64,000 nt of DNA. It comes from Ministeria vibrans ATCC 50519. Lineage: Eukaryota > Protista > Filasterea. This document shows, in pieces, positions 53,301 to 64,000 of this stretch. Numbering within the stretch: position 1 is the stretch's first letter; each line of letters opens with the position of its first letter. The DNA lies in the NCBI GenBank assembly GCA_943704425.1, contig CALSCP010001494.1:123296-187295 (forward strand). Reading direction: 5' to 3'. Under the pieces are notes generated by a model. The model was not told the DNA's origin. It did no database searches and saw only the letters and a list, made by a program, of their open reading frames with translations. Both the position numbers and the translations under genes were made by a program.

Positions 53301-55023
53301 GCTGCGCTGTGCTGCCTGGGACTTTTCCACACGTCAGTGGTCCAGCGACGGCTGTGTGCTTGTCTCACGCGACGGTGTTAACGTCGTGTGCTCGTGCACC
53401 CACCTGACCAACTTTGCAGTGCTGTTCGACGTCAATGGCAATGCGCACGACAGCAGTGCACTCACCGTGCTTTCGTACGTGGGTGTGGCACTGGCGATGA
53501 TTGGCAGTGCCACCGTGATACTCGTGTACCTGCTGTTGCGCAAGCTGTGTACCCGTCCCGTCATACTTGTGCTCGTGTGCGCCGCCGCTATTTTTGTCAC
53601 CGAGCTGATGTTCCTCGTCAACTCGCTGGCGTCCAAGTCGGCCTCCGTCACCGGCTGCTTTACACTGGGACTGCTCACGCACTACGCTCTCATGGCGCAA
53701 TTTACAGCGCTGCTCTGCATTGGACTTGGCTTTCACCGACTCCTCCACGATGCGCAGCCGCTGAGTCGTCAGATCCTCCACAGCATGGTAGCCGCCGTGT
53801 TCATTGCGCCCCTCTGCATTGTTGTGCTCTACATGGTGGTGCTGGCGGCTTTGCCCGACGCTAGTGTGTCGAGTGCGTACACAGACGTGTACGGCGATGG
53901 TCGCATCTGCTTTGTCTCCGGCACAGCGCGCCTTGCCTCCGCTGTCTTTGGTCCTGTTGCCGCGGTGCTTGCCATCAACGTGATACTGTGCACTCGCATT
54001 ATTTTGTCGTTGCACGCCAAACAAAAGCAGCTGCCTCATAGTGCACGCGAGTCGCGCGTATCCGTTGCGCTGTCGCTGTCGATTCTGCTGGGCGCTAATT
54101 GGTTGTTTGCCATTGCGGTGGTGGCGCACTCGTCGGTGGTATGGCAGTACCTGTTTGTACTGGCGAATGGTGCGCTAGGCGTGTTCCTCTTTGTCAAGTA
54201 CGCCCTGGCGCACAAGGTGCGCAAGGGCATGGGCGAGTTGGTGTCGTCATGGCGCCATCGTCGCTCGACCACTATCACGGCTCTTCCCACGAACAGCAAG
54301 GGCCGATCCAACACTTCGTTGTTGTCACGCTGGAAGAAGTCGGGCAAGAAGAGTGTCGATGATGTGTCAAGCAGCAGTCGGAGTGGATCTTTGGCGTCGT
54401 CGTCGCGGGGTGGCGGTCGTCGCGGTTCGTGCGAACTCATTCTAGTGCAGGGAAGCGATAGGTCGCTGACATTGGGGCGTCTTGGACACCCACGCCTTGG
54501 CTCGAGCGAGCATGTGTCGCGTCGGACGGGTATGGAGCACGCGACGTGGGGCAGTGACTCGGAACTGGACAGCGTCTCTTTGGAGAGCATGCCGATGACG
54601 AGCCCACGCACACGTACTGGGCGCACCTCTACAACCAACCTCACCGCAACGCTCCTTGAGAATGTGTGCTTTTCGCCTGCGAGCACACCCCGTGGTGGAC
54701 GCCGCGGCACCGGCACGATCGATCCGTACACACCGGGCTCGGGATCTGAGGCGTTTAGTGCGAGTGCTCTTGAGACGAGTCAGGTGTGGGTGACCGATTC
54801 GAGCCTTGGCGACGCAGTGTCCTTTAGCGAGGCGCAACTGGGCGCCATGACGTCGCCACGCAATGGCGGTCGCACGCTGGGCCGTATGGGTCGTGGACGC
54901 AAGGCACTCGAGGATGAGATGTACGAGGTACCGTCTATCATGAAAGAGTTGGACGCCAGCTTTGCAGACCACCTGCAACACGACGTCATTGTGGGCGAAG
55001 ACATGCCTTCCATTCGCGTGTAA
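47333..55023 (+). CDS. Adhesion GPCR #2: signal peptide, split EGF containing a 7-bladed SBBP-type beta-propeller, 26 further EGF, GAIN/GPS, 7TM
   Basis: Exons 47333-47423, 47665-47915, 47982-48138, 48212-48361, 48434-48719, 48834-48998, 49069-49310 and 49392-55023 splice in phase. The only frame break is at the N gap 51634-51641. GPS is CSCTHL|TNFAVLF. Confidence 0.92.
50130..52075 (+). repeat. Coding tandem array of near-identical 114-bp cbEGF units with higher-order structure
   Basis: Recurring unit types: STPCQNNGVCVDEVNG (A), SNPCINAATC (B), GACVD.VNSY (C) and VDIANGY (D). Confidence 0.95.
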
Positions 55024-55196
55024 AACTATGTATTTTTAATTTTGTTTAATTCTATTAAAACAATAATAAAAATAGTAATAATTATATTAATAATTTATAA
55101 TAATAATCATAATAATGATAATAAAATTAAAACAAAATCAGGAGGTCTGTATTCTCAACGGCTGGGCATAATAAAAACAAAGTCGATAGTCGATGC

Positions 55197-56220
55197 TTAT
55201 TGTGGTCTTTCGACAAACTTGGCAAACACAATAACACCGGCGAGGGAGAAGACAAACGCAACCCAGCCAAAGGCGTAGGCGGTGGATAGAGTGAAGTTGG
55301 GATAGGTTCCTGCGTAGCTGACAGTGAACGTTACGAGGGCCGTCAAGAGAAAGAGAGATGAGAGGACATGGCAGACGACTGACACTTTTATGGTATCTAA
55401 GGATAAAAAGACGTTGGTGCGCTGAGTTAGGGTGTTTATTAATATGTGCGTATGGAGTATGTCAGTGAGTTTGTCTGTGTCAGTGTGCGAGTGAGTGCGA
55501 GTGTGTCTGTGCCAGTGTGTGTGTGAGTGCGAATGTGTCTGTGTCAGTGTGTGTGTGTGAGTGCGAGTGTGTCCGTGTCAGTGTGTGTGTGAGTGCGAGT
55601 GTGTCTGTGTCAGTGTGTGTGTGTGAGTGCGAATGTGTCTGTGTCAGTGTGTGTGTGTGAGTGCGAGTGTGTCCGTGTCAGTGTGTGTGTGAGTGCGAGT
55701 GTGTCCGTGTCAGTGTGTGTGTGAGTGCGAGTGTGTCCGTGTCAGTGTGCGTGTGATTGCGAATGTGTCTGTGCCAGTGTGTGTGTGTGTGAGTGCGTGT
55801 GTGTGTGTGTGTGTATGTGTGTGTGTGAGTGCGTGAGTGCTTCGCGTGTGTTTTGTGTGCATAGAGACAGTCTGTCTGAACAGCATACCTTTTCCATTGC
55901 GATAAGCCAAAAACGAAGCAACGACAGTGGCAAAGGACGGAAACATAGTGAGGCACATGAATGCTTGAACAGCCTTGAACCAGGGGGGCAGTGCGGACAG
56001 CGTCAGGCTGCTGCACCCTTGCGTTGCGGAGACGGCGCACTACAGACCGAGTTCGCTTAATATTAATAAGTTATGGTGATCATCGGACACTGACCTGTCG
56101 CCACAAACCAATGTGGGTGTTGCCGTTTTCAATCCACGAGGCCATGCCAAGCGAGATAACAACGGCGGTGAACGTGAGAACGGCGTAGAGCCATGAACCG
56201 ACTGGTCGGAACTTCGGCAT
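55197..56220 (-). CDS. PMP22/EMP/claudin-superfamily 4-TM protein
   Basis: Three coding exons give ..ASW..HIGLWRQ|CAVSATQGC..WFKAVQAFMCL..|..AYAFGWVAF, matching the W-GLW-C-C signature. Confidence 0.88.
55460..55838. repeat. Intronic ~30-bp GT-rich minisatellite
   Basis: Repeated GAGTGCGA(G/A)TGTGTC(T/C)GTGTCAGTGTGTGT units. Confidence 0.9.
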
Positions 56221-57351
56221 AATCCTGAGTTGAGAGAAAGAGAGAGAGAGAGAAAGGTTGAAGAACCAGTCGAGGGGGTAGGTCAGTTGGGTGTGAATAA
56301 GAATTAAGATGGCCCTACGAGGTGAGGAAAAGTAAATGAGAGAGAAGTCAGTCGTCCGTCAGATGTGAGGGACAAGTGTGAATGCGACTAATAATATTAT
56401 AATTATTTATAATAGTGACTAAAACACACGAAATAAACGAAGAGTATTACAACGCTTCCGCCATAGCTACGAGCCCCTTAAAATAAAAGTATGGAGTACC
56501 CCTGCTGACTTACTGCGACCCGCATACGATTTACAACGGGTGTTTTCACAAATAATTAGGCAGAACAATTGGAAATTCGGAACTCAAAATCAAATCAAAT
56601 CAAAAATCAAAAAATCTTTGACCTCTTGTCCCATCCTCCTCGTCCCCGCTCGTGTTCGCACACCGCTTATTACTCTCTTTCTTGTCCTCTGGTCCGGACA
56701 CTGTCGTGCGAGAACTTGTTTGTTTTTTTCCAATTGTGTGCGTGAGGTAAATAGTCTCTTACTATACAGACGTCACAACTCTCCATACGCCCTTCCGTGC
56801 TCTTCCCATGCCAAAATATTCCCCACATACCACTTATTTTATTGCCTCACGACCTTCTGTGCAAGCGCCAGCGTGATTTTCTCAACTCCGAGTGTGTTTG
56901 GTTCGGAACGGGCAAAAAAGAAAGCAAATTGGTGTTTCACTAACCGGCCGCCATTTCCGCGTGATTTCACCTGCCGCTCCACACACCACTTTTATCTTGT
57001 GCATGGGCACCACAGGAGAGAAAGAGACGCGTCGTATTGGCGTTCGTTCGTTCTGGCTGGTTTTCGTCTGTGTGACGTATGCAACGCGGATGTTTGTTGT
57101 CTGGCTGGAAATCCACGCTTGTGTCGCTGTCTCGCTCTCTTCCCTGCTACTCAAACACATCAAAGATGCCATTGGTTGCGTTGCGTTCTCTTTTTGTTCT
57201 CTTCACACCAATTTCTTAAAAAGTTGGAACTTTTCCTTTAATTCTTTTTCTCTGTACATTTTTTCTCCTCACAAACTCACCGACACAACACACAATTCAA
57301 CTTCACTCACCTCGCTCTCTCTATTGTCCTTCTCTCACCACAACAGAACTC

Positions 57352-60300
57352 ATGGTTCGCGCACTTCCACTCGTCCTTGTGTGTCTTTGCTCGTGGGTCA
57401 CACTCGTCAGGGGCTGCGGAGGTAACGTCGACTGCCAAAACGGCGGCACCTGTGATGTGGGTGCCTGTCAGTGCACTCTGGGCTTCAGCGGAAGCCTTTG
57501 CGAGACTCCCATCAGCATTGTGTGTGATTCGTCACCTTGCCAGAACGGTGGTGCATGCTCTGACTCGGCGGGTGCCTGGATGTGCTCCTGTGTCAACGAC
57601 TACTACGGGGACCGCTGTGAAATCCCTCCCCCCTGCCTTTCAAATCCCTGCGATAATGCAGGTCTCTGCACCAATGGCGTGTCCGGTTCGTACACCTGTG
57701 AGTGTCAAAATGGCTATCACGGTGCCACTTGCTCGTTGGCGCCTCCCTGTGACTCGGACCCTTGTCAAAACGGCGGCGTATGCTCACAGACTCAGGGCAC
57801 CTACACTTGCTCCTGTCCTCCATCCTACGGTGGCGACAACTGTGAGACACTTCCAGACTGTAGTTCGTCGCCTTGCGAGTCGGGCGGCACCTGCAGCAAC
57901 CAGGGTATGCCGGGCGATGGCTACTCATGCACCTGCGCTCCCGACTACTTTGGCGACTCGTGCGAGTACCACGACGCCTGCCTGTCCAACCCATGCGAGA
58001 ATGGCGGCAGCTGTTCCATCGATACGTTCAACTACGTGACGTGCAGTTGTATCAACGACTTCTACGGTGACATGTGCGAGAACAGCCCCGTGTGCGAGCC
58101 AAACCCTTGCAGCAACAATGGCAGCTGCTCGATTGACGCGGATCCGAGTATGTACCAATGCTCCTGTGACTACCCTTACTATGGCTGGTCGTGCGACGAC
58201 GTCTACCCCTGCTTCGACAATCCCTGCAACAACGGCGGTCAGTGTACCGACGACACAGGCAACACAGGCATGTTTTATTGCTCGTGTGTTGGCGACTACT
58301 ACGGCGACACCTGCGACGAGGTTCTCCCTTGCTCCACCTCCCCCTGTCAAAACGGCGGCGACTGCACCGACGATACCAGCTCGGGTACCTACATGTGCTC
58401 CTGTTATGATCCCTACTACGGCGACACGTGCGGCAGCATTCTTCCCTGTTCCTCATCGCCGTGCGCCAACGGCGGCGATTGCTCCGACGACACCAGCACC
58501 GATATGTACTATTGCAGTTGCCAGGGCAATTGGTCCGGCGACAACTGTGACCAGCCGCCCGTCTGCGATTCCAGCCCGTGCATGTTTGGTAGCACTTGCA
58601 ACGACTTTATGGACTCGTACAGCTGCGATTGCATCGGCGACCTGTATGGTGACAACTGTGAATATCACATTAACTGTGACTCCAACCCATGCCTCAACAA
58701 CGGCGCCTGCAACCCCACCAGCGCCACGGGCGAGTACGTGTGTACATGCGTACCCGGCTACACCGGCGTTGCATGTGAAATTGATATTAACGAGTGCCTT
58801 TCGAACCCGTGTCAGTTTGGCACGTGTGCCGACCAGGTGAACAAATTCTCATGCACCTGCGACCCTGGCTACACGGGCGTGACGTGCGCCGTTGATCTTG
58901 ACGAGTGCGCTTCGTCGCCCTGTCTTCACGGTGGCGTCTGCTCACACTCACTTGACGCGTACACGTGCCTGTGCGTGCAGGGCACCGAGGGCACCAATTG
59001 CGAGACGAATGTGGACGAGTGCGCTTCTAATCCTTGTCCACCTGCCGCTCTCCAGTGCCTTGACCAGGTTGGCGGGTACCTTTGTCCGTGTCCCGCCGGC
59101 AAGACGGGCAGCGACTGTCTGGCGGACATTGACGAGTGCGCCTCAAGCCCCTGCGCTCAGAACCAAGGCGCATGTGTCAATGGCGACAACAGCTTTTTGT
59201 GCAACTGCTACAGCGGTTTCAGTGGCATCCATTGCGAGATTAACCAGGACGAGTGTGAGTCGAGTCCCTGCTCCGGCAACGCCAATTGTGTCGATGGCAT
59301 GGGCGGCTACAATTGCGTGTGTCTCGCCGGCTTTACCGGCAGTAACTGCGAGACCGACATTGACGAGTGTGCCTCGAGCCCGTGCGCTTTGGGGCACGGC
59401 GAATGCGACGAAGGCATCGACAGTTTTGCCTGTGTGTGCTACACTGGCTTTAGTGGCTCCTTTTGTGAGATTGACGAAGATGAGTGTCTCTCGTCGCCCT
59501 GCTCCGCTAGTGGCAACCAAATTTGCGTCGATGGCCAGGGCGGCTACACGTGCGAGTGCACAGCGGGCTACACGGGCAGCGCATGTGACGTTGATATTAA
59601 CGACTGCAACTCGACTCCCTGTGCCAACGACGGCACCTGCACGGCGGATCCCGTCTCGGGCTACACTTGCGCATGTCCGTCTGGCTTTACGGGCACCGCT
59701 TGTGAAGTTGTGGTGGACGACTGCGAGTCGTTTCCATGCCAGAACGGTGGTACATGTGTCTCAAGTGTCTCTGGAGGCTACACCTGCTTGTGTCCCACGG
59801 GCTTTGACGAAGACTTGTGCGGCGATACGGACGAGTGCGCTAACAACGCCGAAATCTGTGCCAACAATGGCACGTGCACCAACACACCCGGAAGCTACGT
59901 GTGTGGATGTCCCTCCGGCTTCACCGGTGTCGCGTGTGACGAACCCATTGACGAGTGTCTCTCGCAACCCTGTCTCAATGAGGGCGTGTGCGTCGACGCT
60001 GCCGATGGCTTCACCTGTGCCTGCCAAGAGGGATTCGTCGGCACCGTGTGCGAAACCAACTTTGACGAATGCGCTCTCGCGGAGTGTCCGCAGGGCCACC
60101 GCTGTGTCGATGGCGATGCTTCGTTTGAGTGCGTTCCTTGCCCCGCCGGTCTGCAGGGTTCTACTTGTTCTGACGACATTGACGAATGTGCCTCTCGAGT
60201 CTGCCAGAATGGCGGTACGTGCATCAACGGAAATGCGACGTACACATGCATCTGTTCCCCCGACTGGACTGGCGCAACCTGCGCGTCCAATATCGACGTG

Positions 60301-63300
60301 TGCGCCGAGACTCCTCTGTTGTGCCACAATGGCGCTACGTGTACCGACTTGACGAATGGGTATAAATGTACGTGCGCGCCCGGCTACACTGGCGACCAAT
60401 GCGACGTGAACATTGACGACTGCACCTCCGGCTGGTGCAGCAACGGTGGTACTTGTGTCGACGGTGTCGACTCGGTAGTCTGCCTGTGTCCCACGACTCA
60501 CGATGGCGAGCGATGTCTCGATCTTACGACTGATTTTTGCTCCTCGAGCCCGTGTGCGGCCACGGCCACGTGTGTCGTCGTCAACACCACAGATGGCACT
60601 GGCATGTGTGTGTGTGCGTCGGGGTTTACGGGTGTCGCGTGCGAAGTGAACATTGACGAGTGCGAGTCGTTCCCTTGCCACAACATGGGCACTTGTGTGG
60701 ACGGAGTGGGCAAGTTTGCGTGCATGTGTGCCGAGGGCTACACCGGCAGCCACTGCAAGACGCTCGTGAATGCTTGTATCTCGAACCCCTGTCAGAATGG
60801 CGGCCTGTGCTCCAGCACATACAATTCGCTGGTAGGCGCTCGCTACACCTGCACCTGTTCCTCGTCGTTTGCCGGTCCCGACTGCGCCCAGTCGAATCCG
60901 TGCGTGTCCAACCCGTGCCTCAATGGCGGTACATGTACCTCGGCGTCCACCATGGCCGGCACCTACCTGTGTCTCTGTCCTGCTGGCTTCCTGGGCGACC
61001 GCTGCGTCGAGGTGGCTACGACGGTCATCGCAACGATTACCGCGACATTGGCAAATTCAGCGAGCCTGCTGAACACCACGGAGGCCACACAAGTGTCTAC
61101 ACAGGTGCTGGTTGCCGCAGAGAACGCTCAGGCGCTTGAGACCGAACAATTGTCGGTGGTGTTCAACTCGATCGACAACATCACGGCGACATCCGACTCG
61201 ACCGACAACCAGACGGCAAAGTTCTCACAGAACAGCGAGTCACAAATACTCATTGCCGAAGCCCTTGGTGAACTGATCAAGCCGTCGCTGAAGACGGCGA
61301 CCCTTGCCGTCATCAAGTCGAGTTCCAATGTGGAGCAGACGAAAACGTCCAAGCGTGCCTTTGGCAAGCTCCTGGAGAATGTTGCGCGTCGCCTGCTGCC
61401 CGAAGAGGCGTCAACCGCCACTGGTGGTGGTGGTGGTGGTGGTGGTGGTGATGGTGATAGCTGTGCAGAGACGTTGCAGTCGATCAAGTCCACGAACGGG
61501 CTGTTTGAGGCGAAGGCCCTCGTGACGACGGCAAGCGAAATTTCCAGTGGCAACGGGAAGTTTACAAGTGACTTGACGGGCGCGACGTTTCAGCTGCCGC
61601 AGGGTCTCGGGGCCCACCTAAATACGTGTGTGTTTATGCATTTTATGGTGAGTGACTCGACGACGATGTTTGATGACGAGACTCTCTCGACGACGACATC
61701 AGTGATAACGCCCGTTGTTGCCGGCGGGCTCAATGTCGATGAGTACACTCTTCCGGCGGGCGTTGGCGACGTGACGGTGATTATGCCGATTTCGCCGGCA
61801 CTCACCAACGAAGCGGACCTCGCCTTTGTGCAGTGTGTCTTCTGGAACCACACGTTGCTCACGTGGGACACCAATGGCTGCAGTGTGGTGGACGCGACGC
61901 TCGACAGTGTCACCTGTGCCTGTTCGCACACGACCAACTTTGCAGTACTTTTGGACCATTCGCGTTCGAGCACCGCCGACAAGGCACTTTCCGTCTTTTC
62001 GTACGTCTCGAGCGGCATTGTGATTCTCACCATGTCCCTTGTGGTCATCATTTTCCTCATGCTGCCTCGTCGTCTCGTCACATCCCCCGTGCGCTTTCTT
62101 GTGCTCCTGGCCGCAACTATTCTCGCATCGCAGATTGTGTTTGTGGTCAATGCGCGCTTGGCGAGCAGCATGCCTTCGAGCGCTTGCTACGCCACGGGGC
62201 TTCTGCTGCACTATTTCTTGCTTGCCGAGGTGATCGTGCTGCTGGCTCACGGCTGGTTTGTCCATCGCATGCTTATTCAACTGGACACTGTTGACAAGCT
62301 CTTTGTGTGGCGCTGGCTTTTTGCCGTGCTTTTAACGCCCGCCGTCATCATTGGCATCTATGTCGGCGCCATGAGCGGCTCGGGCACTGCCGCCTATGGC
62401 GATGTGTACGGCGACGGGCGCATCTGCTTTCTCATGTCGGGTGCAGGATTGCTTGGGGCGTTTGTGGTGCCACTGGCGATTGTACTTGCGCTCAACGTCA
62501 TTGTGATGATTCTCATGGTACGTCTGTTTACTCAAGTATCCAATAAGGGCTCTAACTCGACGGCACGTCCCCAACGTCGCTCGTCCATGCTGGTGTACGC
62601 GTCGCTTGCGTCGCTGCTGGGTATGTCCTGGCTCTTTGCCATTCTTCTTGTGATCCATCATGGCGCCGCCCTCGAGTGGCTCTTTGTCATCTTCAACACG
62701 GCTCAGGCGGTCGTGCTCTTTGTGACCTTTACCTTCTCAAAGAAGACGCGCGAGGGTCTTTCGTCGGGCTCGGTTGCCAATTTGCTGCGACGCGCCACCA
62801 CTAGCAACACGTCGTCGTCGGGCAAAACGTCGCGTGGGGGTCTGGCTCATCACGATGCAGTACGTCTTGGCGCGAAACGCAGCCGCTTTGCACGTCGCAA
62901 GGGTAGCAGCAATGCCACGCTGCTTGCGACATCGTCACCTTTGGCGTCACCTTCGCCACAACCGGTGCGGATGCATGGTCGCGTGCGCATGTCGATCACA
63001 GGCGCGGACTCATCCGAGATGATCTCGCTTTCGTCGCGCCCGTCACCGCTCTCACCGTCGCGTGGCAGTCAAACGATGCTGGCGCAGGCCGACGATTCGT
63101 ACATGTTTGAGTCGGACATGGTGATGAAGTCGCCCGCGACGCTCCCCGTGCGACAGACACGCATCAGTGACAAGGTGACGTGCGATGAGGCACGTAACTC
63201 GCTGGCCAGTGCCTGGGTCAGCTCTGGCGACACTGAAATGGGTAACTCGAGCGATGCTTCTATTGCCTCGCCGGCGGCGCTGCTGATGCCCCGTCGCTCG

Positions 63301-63879
63301 ACGGTGTCGATGCATTCGCTAAACTCGCCCACGCTGATCCGCCTGGCGCACGTGGGTAGTGCCGACGACTTTAGCAGTGTTAGCAGTGGCAGTACGGCGG
63401 GAGGGTATGCCATGGACGAGAGCTTTGAAGCCGCTTCGCTTCCCATGATGTCGCCGGACGAGCGCCGTTGCAAGATGCTGGCGTCTCAGGTGAAGCAGCA
63501 GCGCAATCGTCGCGGCGGTGGAGGCGGTCGGCGTCGCAGCAGCAGTCTTGGCAAGGTGCTTACGCTTGAGGACGGTGCGGCACAGGGTGAGTCGCAGACA
63601 GTCGCGCAGGTGTGGCTCAAAGAGGCTGACGGCGACAGCATGCTGGAGGATGACGGTCTGTTCCACGCAGACCCCCTTGAGATATTCATGCCCGAATACA
63701 ATGACGCGCGACAGCGTTCCAAACGGGCGCAACGGCGCGAAATTGACAATGCGAAGTATGGGTTTGCAACGGGCGACGTGACGGAGAGCATGATTGATGA
63801 TTTGAAGGAGCATCCCGAGCTCTATGGGTTTGATGCGGACGAGACTGTCATAGACATGGACCTTAGCTACCAGCACTAA
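57352..63879 (+). CDS. Adhesion GPCR #3: signal peptide, 31 EGF, GAIN/GPS, 7TM, long S-rich tail; single coding exon, 2175 aa
   Basis: Uninterrupted ORF. GPS is CVFWNHTLLTWDTNGC..CACSHT|TNFAVLL, followed by seven hydrophobic segments. Confidence 0.95.
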   Translation: MVRALPLVLVCLCSWVTLVRGCGGNVDCQNGGTCDVGACQCTLGFSGSLCETPISIVCDSSPCQNGGACSDSAGAWMCSCVNDYYGDRCEIPPPCLSNPCDNAGLCTNGVSGSYTCECQNGYHGATCSLAPPCDSDPCQNGGVCSQTQGTYTCSCPPSYGGDNCETLPDCSSSPCESGGTCSNQGMPGDGYSCTCAPDYFGDSCEYHDACLSNPCENGGSCSIDTFNYVTCSCINDFYGDMCENSPVCEPNPCSNNGSCSIDADPSMYQCSCDYPYYGWSCDDVYPCFDNPCNNGGQCTDDTGNTGMFYCSCVGDYYGDTCDEVLPCSTSPCQNGGDCTDDTSSGTYMCSCYDPYYGDTCGSILPCSSSPCANGGDCSDDTSTDMYYCSCQGNWSGDNCDQPPVCDSSPCMFGSTCNDFMDSYSCDCIGDLYGDNCEYHINCDSNPCLNNGACNPTSATGEYVCTCVPGYTGVACEIDINECLSNPCQFGTCADQVNKFSCTCDPGYTGVTCAVDLDECASSPCLHGGVCSHSLDAYTCLCVQGTEGTNCETNVDECASNPCPPAALQCLDQVGGYLCPCPAGKTGSDCLADIDECASSPCAQNQGACVNGDNSFLCNCYSGFSGIHCEINQDECESSPCSGNANCVDGMGGYNCVCLAGFTGSNCETDIDECASSPCALGHGECDEGIDSFACVCYTGFSGSFCEIDEDECLSSPCSASGNQICVDGQGGYTCECTAGYTGSACDVDINDCNSTPCANDGTCTADPVSGYTCACPSGFTGTACEVVVDDCESFPCQNGGTCVSSVSGGYTCLCPTGFDEDLCGDTDECANNAEICANNGTCTNTPGSYVCGCPSGFTGVACDEPIDECLSQPCLNEGVCVDAADGFTCACQEGFVGTVCETNFDECALAECPQGHRCVDGDASFECVPCPAGLQGSTCSDDIDECASRVCQNGGTCINGNATYTCICSPDWTGATCASNIDVCAETPLLCHNGATCTDLTNGYKCTCAPGYTGDQCDVNIDDCTSGWCSNGGTCVDGVDSVVCLCPTTHDGERCLDLTTDFCSSSPCAATATCVVVNTTDGTGMCVCASGFTGVACEVNIDECESFPCHNMGTCVDGVGKFACMCAEGYTGSHCKTLVNACISNPCQNGGLCSSTYNSLVGARYTCTCSSSFAGPDCAQSNPCVSNPCLNGGTCTSASTMAGTYLCLCPAGFLGDRCVEVATTVIATITATLANSASLLNTTEATQVSTQVLVAAENAQALETEQLSVVFNSIDNITATSDSTDNQTAKFSQNSESQILIAEALGELIKPSLKTATLAVIKSSSNVEQTKTSKRAFGKLLENVARRLLPEEASTATGGGGGGGGGDGDSCAETLQSIKSTNGLFEAKALVTTASEISSGNGKFTSDLTGATFQLPQGLGAHLNTCVFMHFMVSDSTTMFDDETLSTTTSVITPVVAGGLNVDEYTLPAGVGDVTVIMPISPALTNEADLAFVQCVFWNHTLLTWDTNGCSVVDATLDSVTCACSHTTNFAVLLDHSRSSTADKALSVFSYVSSGIVILTMSLVVIIFLMLPRRLVTSPVRFLVLLAATILASQIVFVVNARLASSMPSSACYATGLLLHYFLLAEVIVLLAHGWFVHRMLIQLDTVDKLFVWRWLFAVLLTPAVIIGIYVGAMSGSGTAAYGDVYGDGRICFLMSGAGLLGAFVVPLAIVLALNVIVMILMVRLFTQVSNKGSNSTARPQRRSSMLVYASLASLLGMSWLFAILLVIHHGAALEWLFVIFNTAQAVVLFVTFTFSKKTREGLSSGSVANLLRRATTSNTSSSGKTSRGGLAHHDAVRLGAKRSRFARRKGSSNATLLATSSPLASPSPQPVRMHGRVRMSITGADSSEMISLSSRPSPLSPSRGSQTMLAQADDSYMFESDMVMKSPATLPVRQTRISDKVTCDEARNSLASAWVSSGDTEMGNSSDASIASPAALLMPRRSTVSMHSLNSPTLIRLAHVGSADDFSSVSSGSTAGGYAMDESFEAASLPMMSPDERRCKMLASQVKQQRNRRGGGGGRRRSSSLGKVLTLEDGAAQGESQTVAQVWLKEADGDSMLEDDGLFHADPLEIFMPEYNDARQRSKRAQRREIDNAKYGFATGDVTESMIDDLKEHPELYGFDADETVIDMDLSYQH

Positions 63880-63907
63880 TCATACTTATATATATATACA
63901 AAGAGAA

Positions 63908-63910
<3 letters not shown>

Positions 63911-64000
<90 letters not shown>
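63911..64000. repeat. (AG)n microsatellite
   Basis: Pure AG run extending to the window end. Confidence 0.98.

Noticed and set aside
57352-63879. Notch, Crumbs or fibropellin call for the long EGF proteins
   Set aside because: No LNR, ankyrin, laminin-G or avidin domain is present; the proteins end in GAIN/GPS plus 7TM.

Overview
Eukaryotic nuclear DNA from a compact, intron-rich genome with GT-AG introns of about 55-500 nt, many filled with CA/CT microsatellites, and AT-rich intergenic spacers. Ciliary genes (kintoun-like, SAXO, LC8), an INTS14-like gene, a mitochondrial MutS, a PMP22/claudin-family gene and adhesion GPCRs suggest a flagellated unicellular relative of animals such as a choanoflagellate or other holozoan. 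That placement is inference only. About 21 genes were reconstructed by manual splicing: EXOSC7, G6PD, POLR3K, a 3xPKD membrane protein, a GT47-like glycosyltransferase, a short DNAAF2-like PIH1 protein, an RBPMS/MEC-8-like protein, a 2xRRM protein, UCHL5, CSN1, SAXO, a MARVEL-like protein, HSCB, MSH1/MutS, a tandem 2OG-Fe(II) oxygenase, INTS14, DYNLL, NSE1, a PMP22/claudin-like protein, and three EGF-GAIN-7TM adhesion GPCRs. Four observations stand out. (1) The three adhesion GPCRs share an intronless EGF/GAIN/7TM core but differ at the N-terminus; one carries a 7-bladed SBBP-type propeller inserted inside a split EGF module, on a recently homogenised EGF array. (2) A head-to-tail stack of 5'-truncated LINE copies of two diverged lineages sits at one site, with a cluster of tail-only insertions nearby. 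(3) There is a decayed PD-(D/E)xK nuclease gene. (4) X-box-like motifs occur in the early introns of the ciliary genes. All calls rest on motif recognition from memory; no searches were run.
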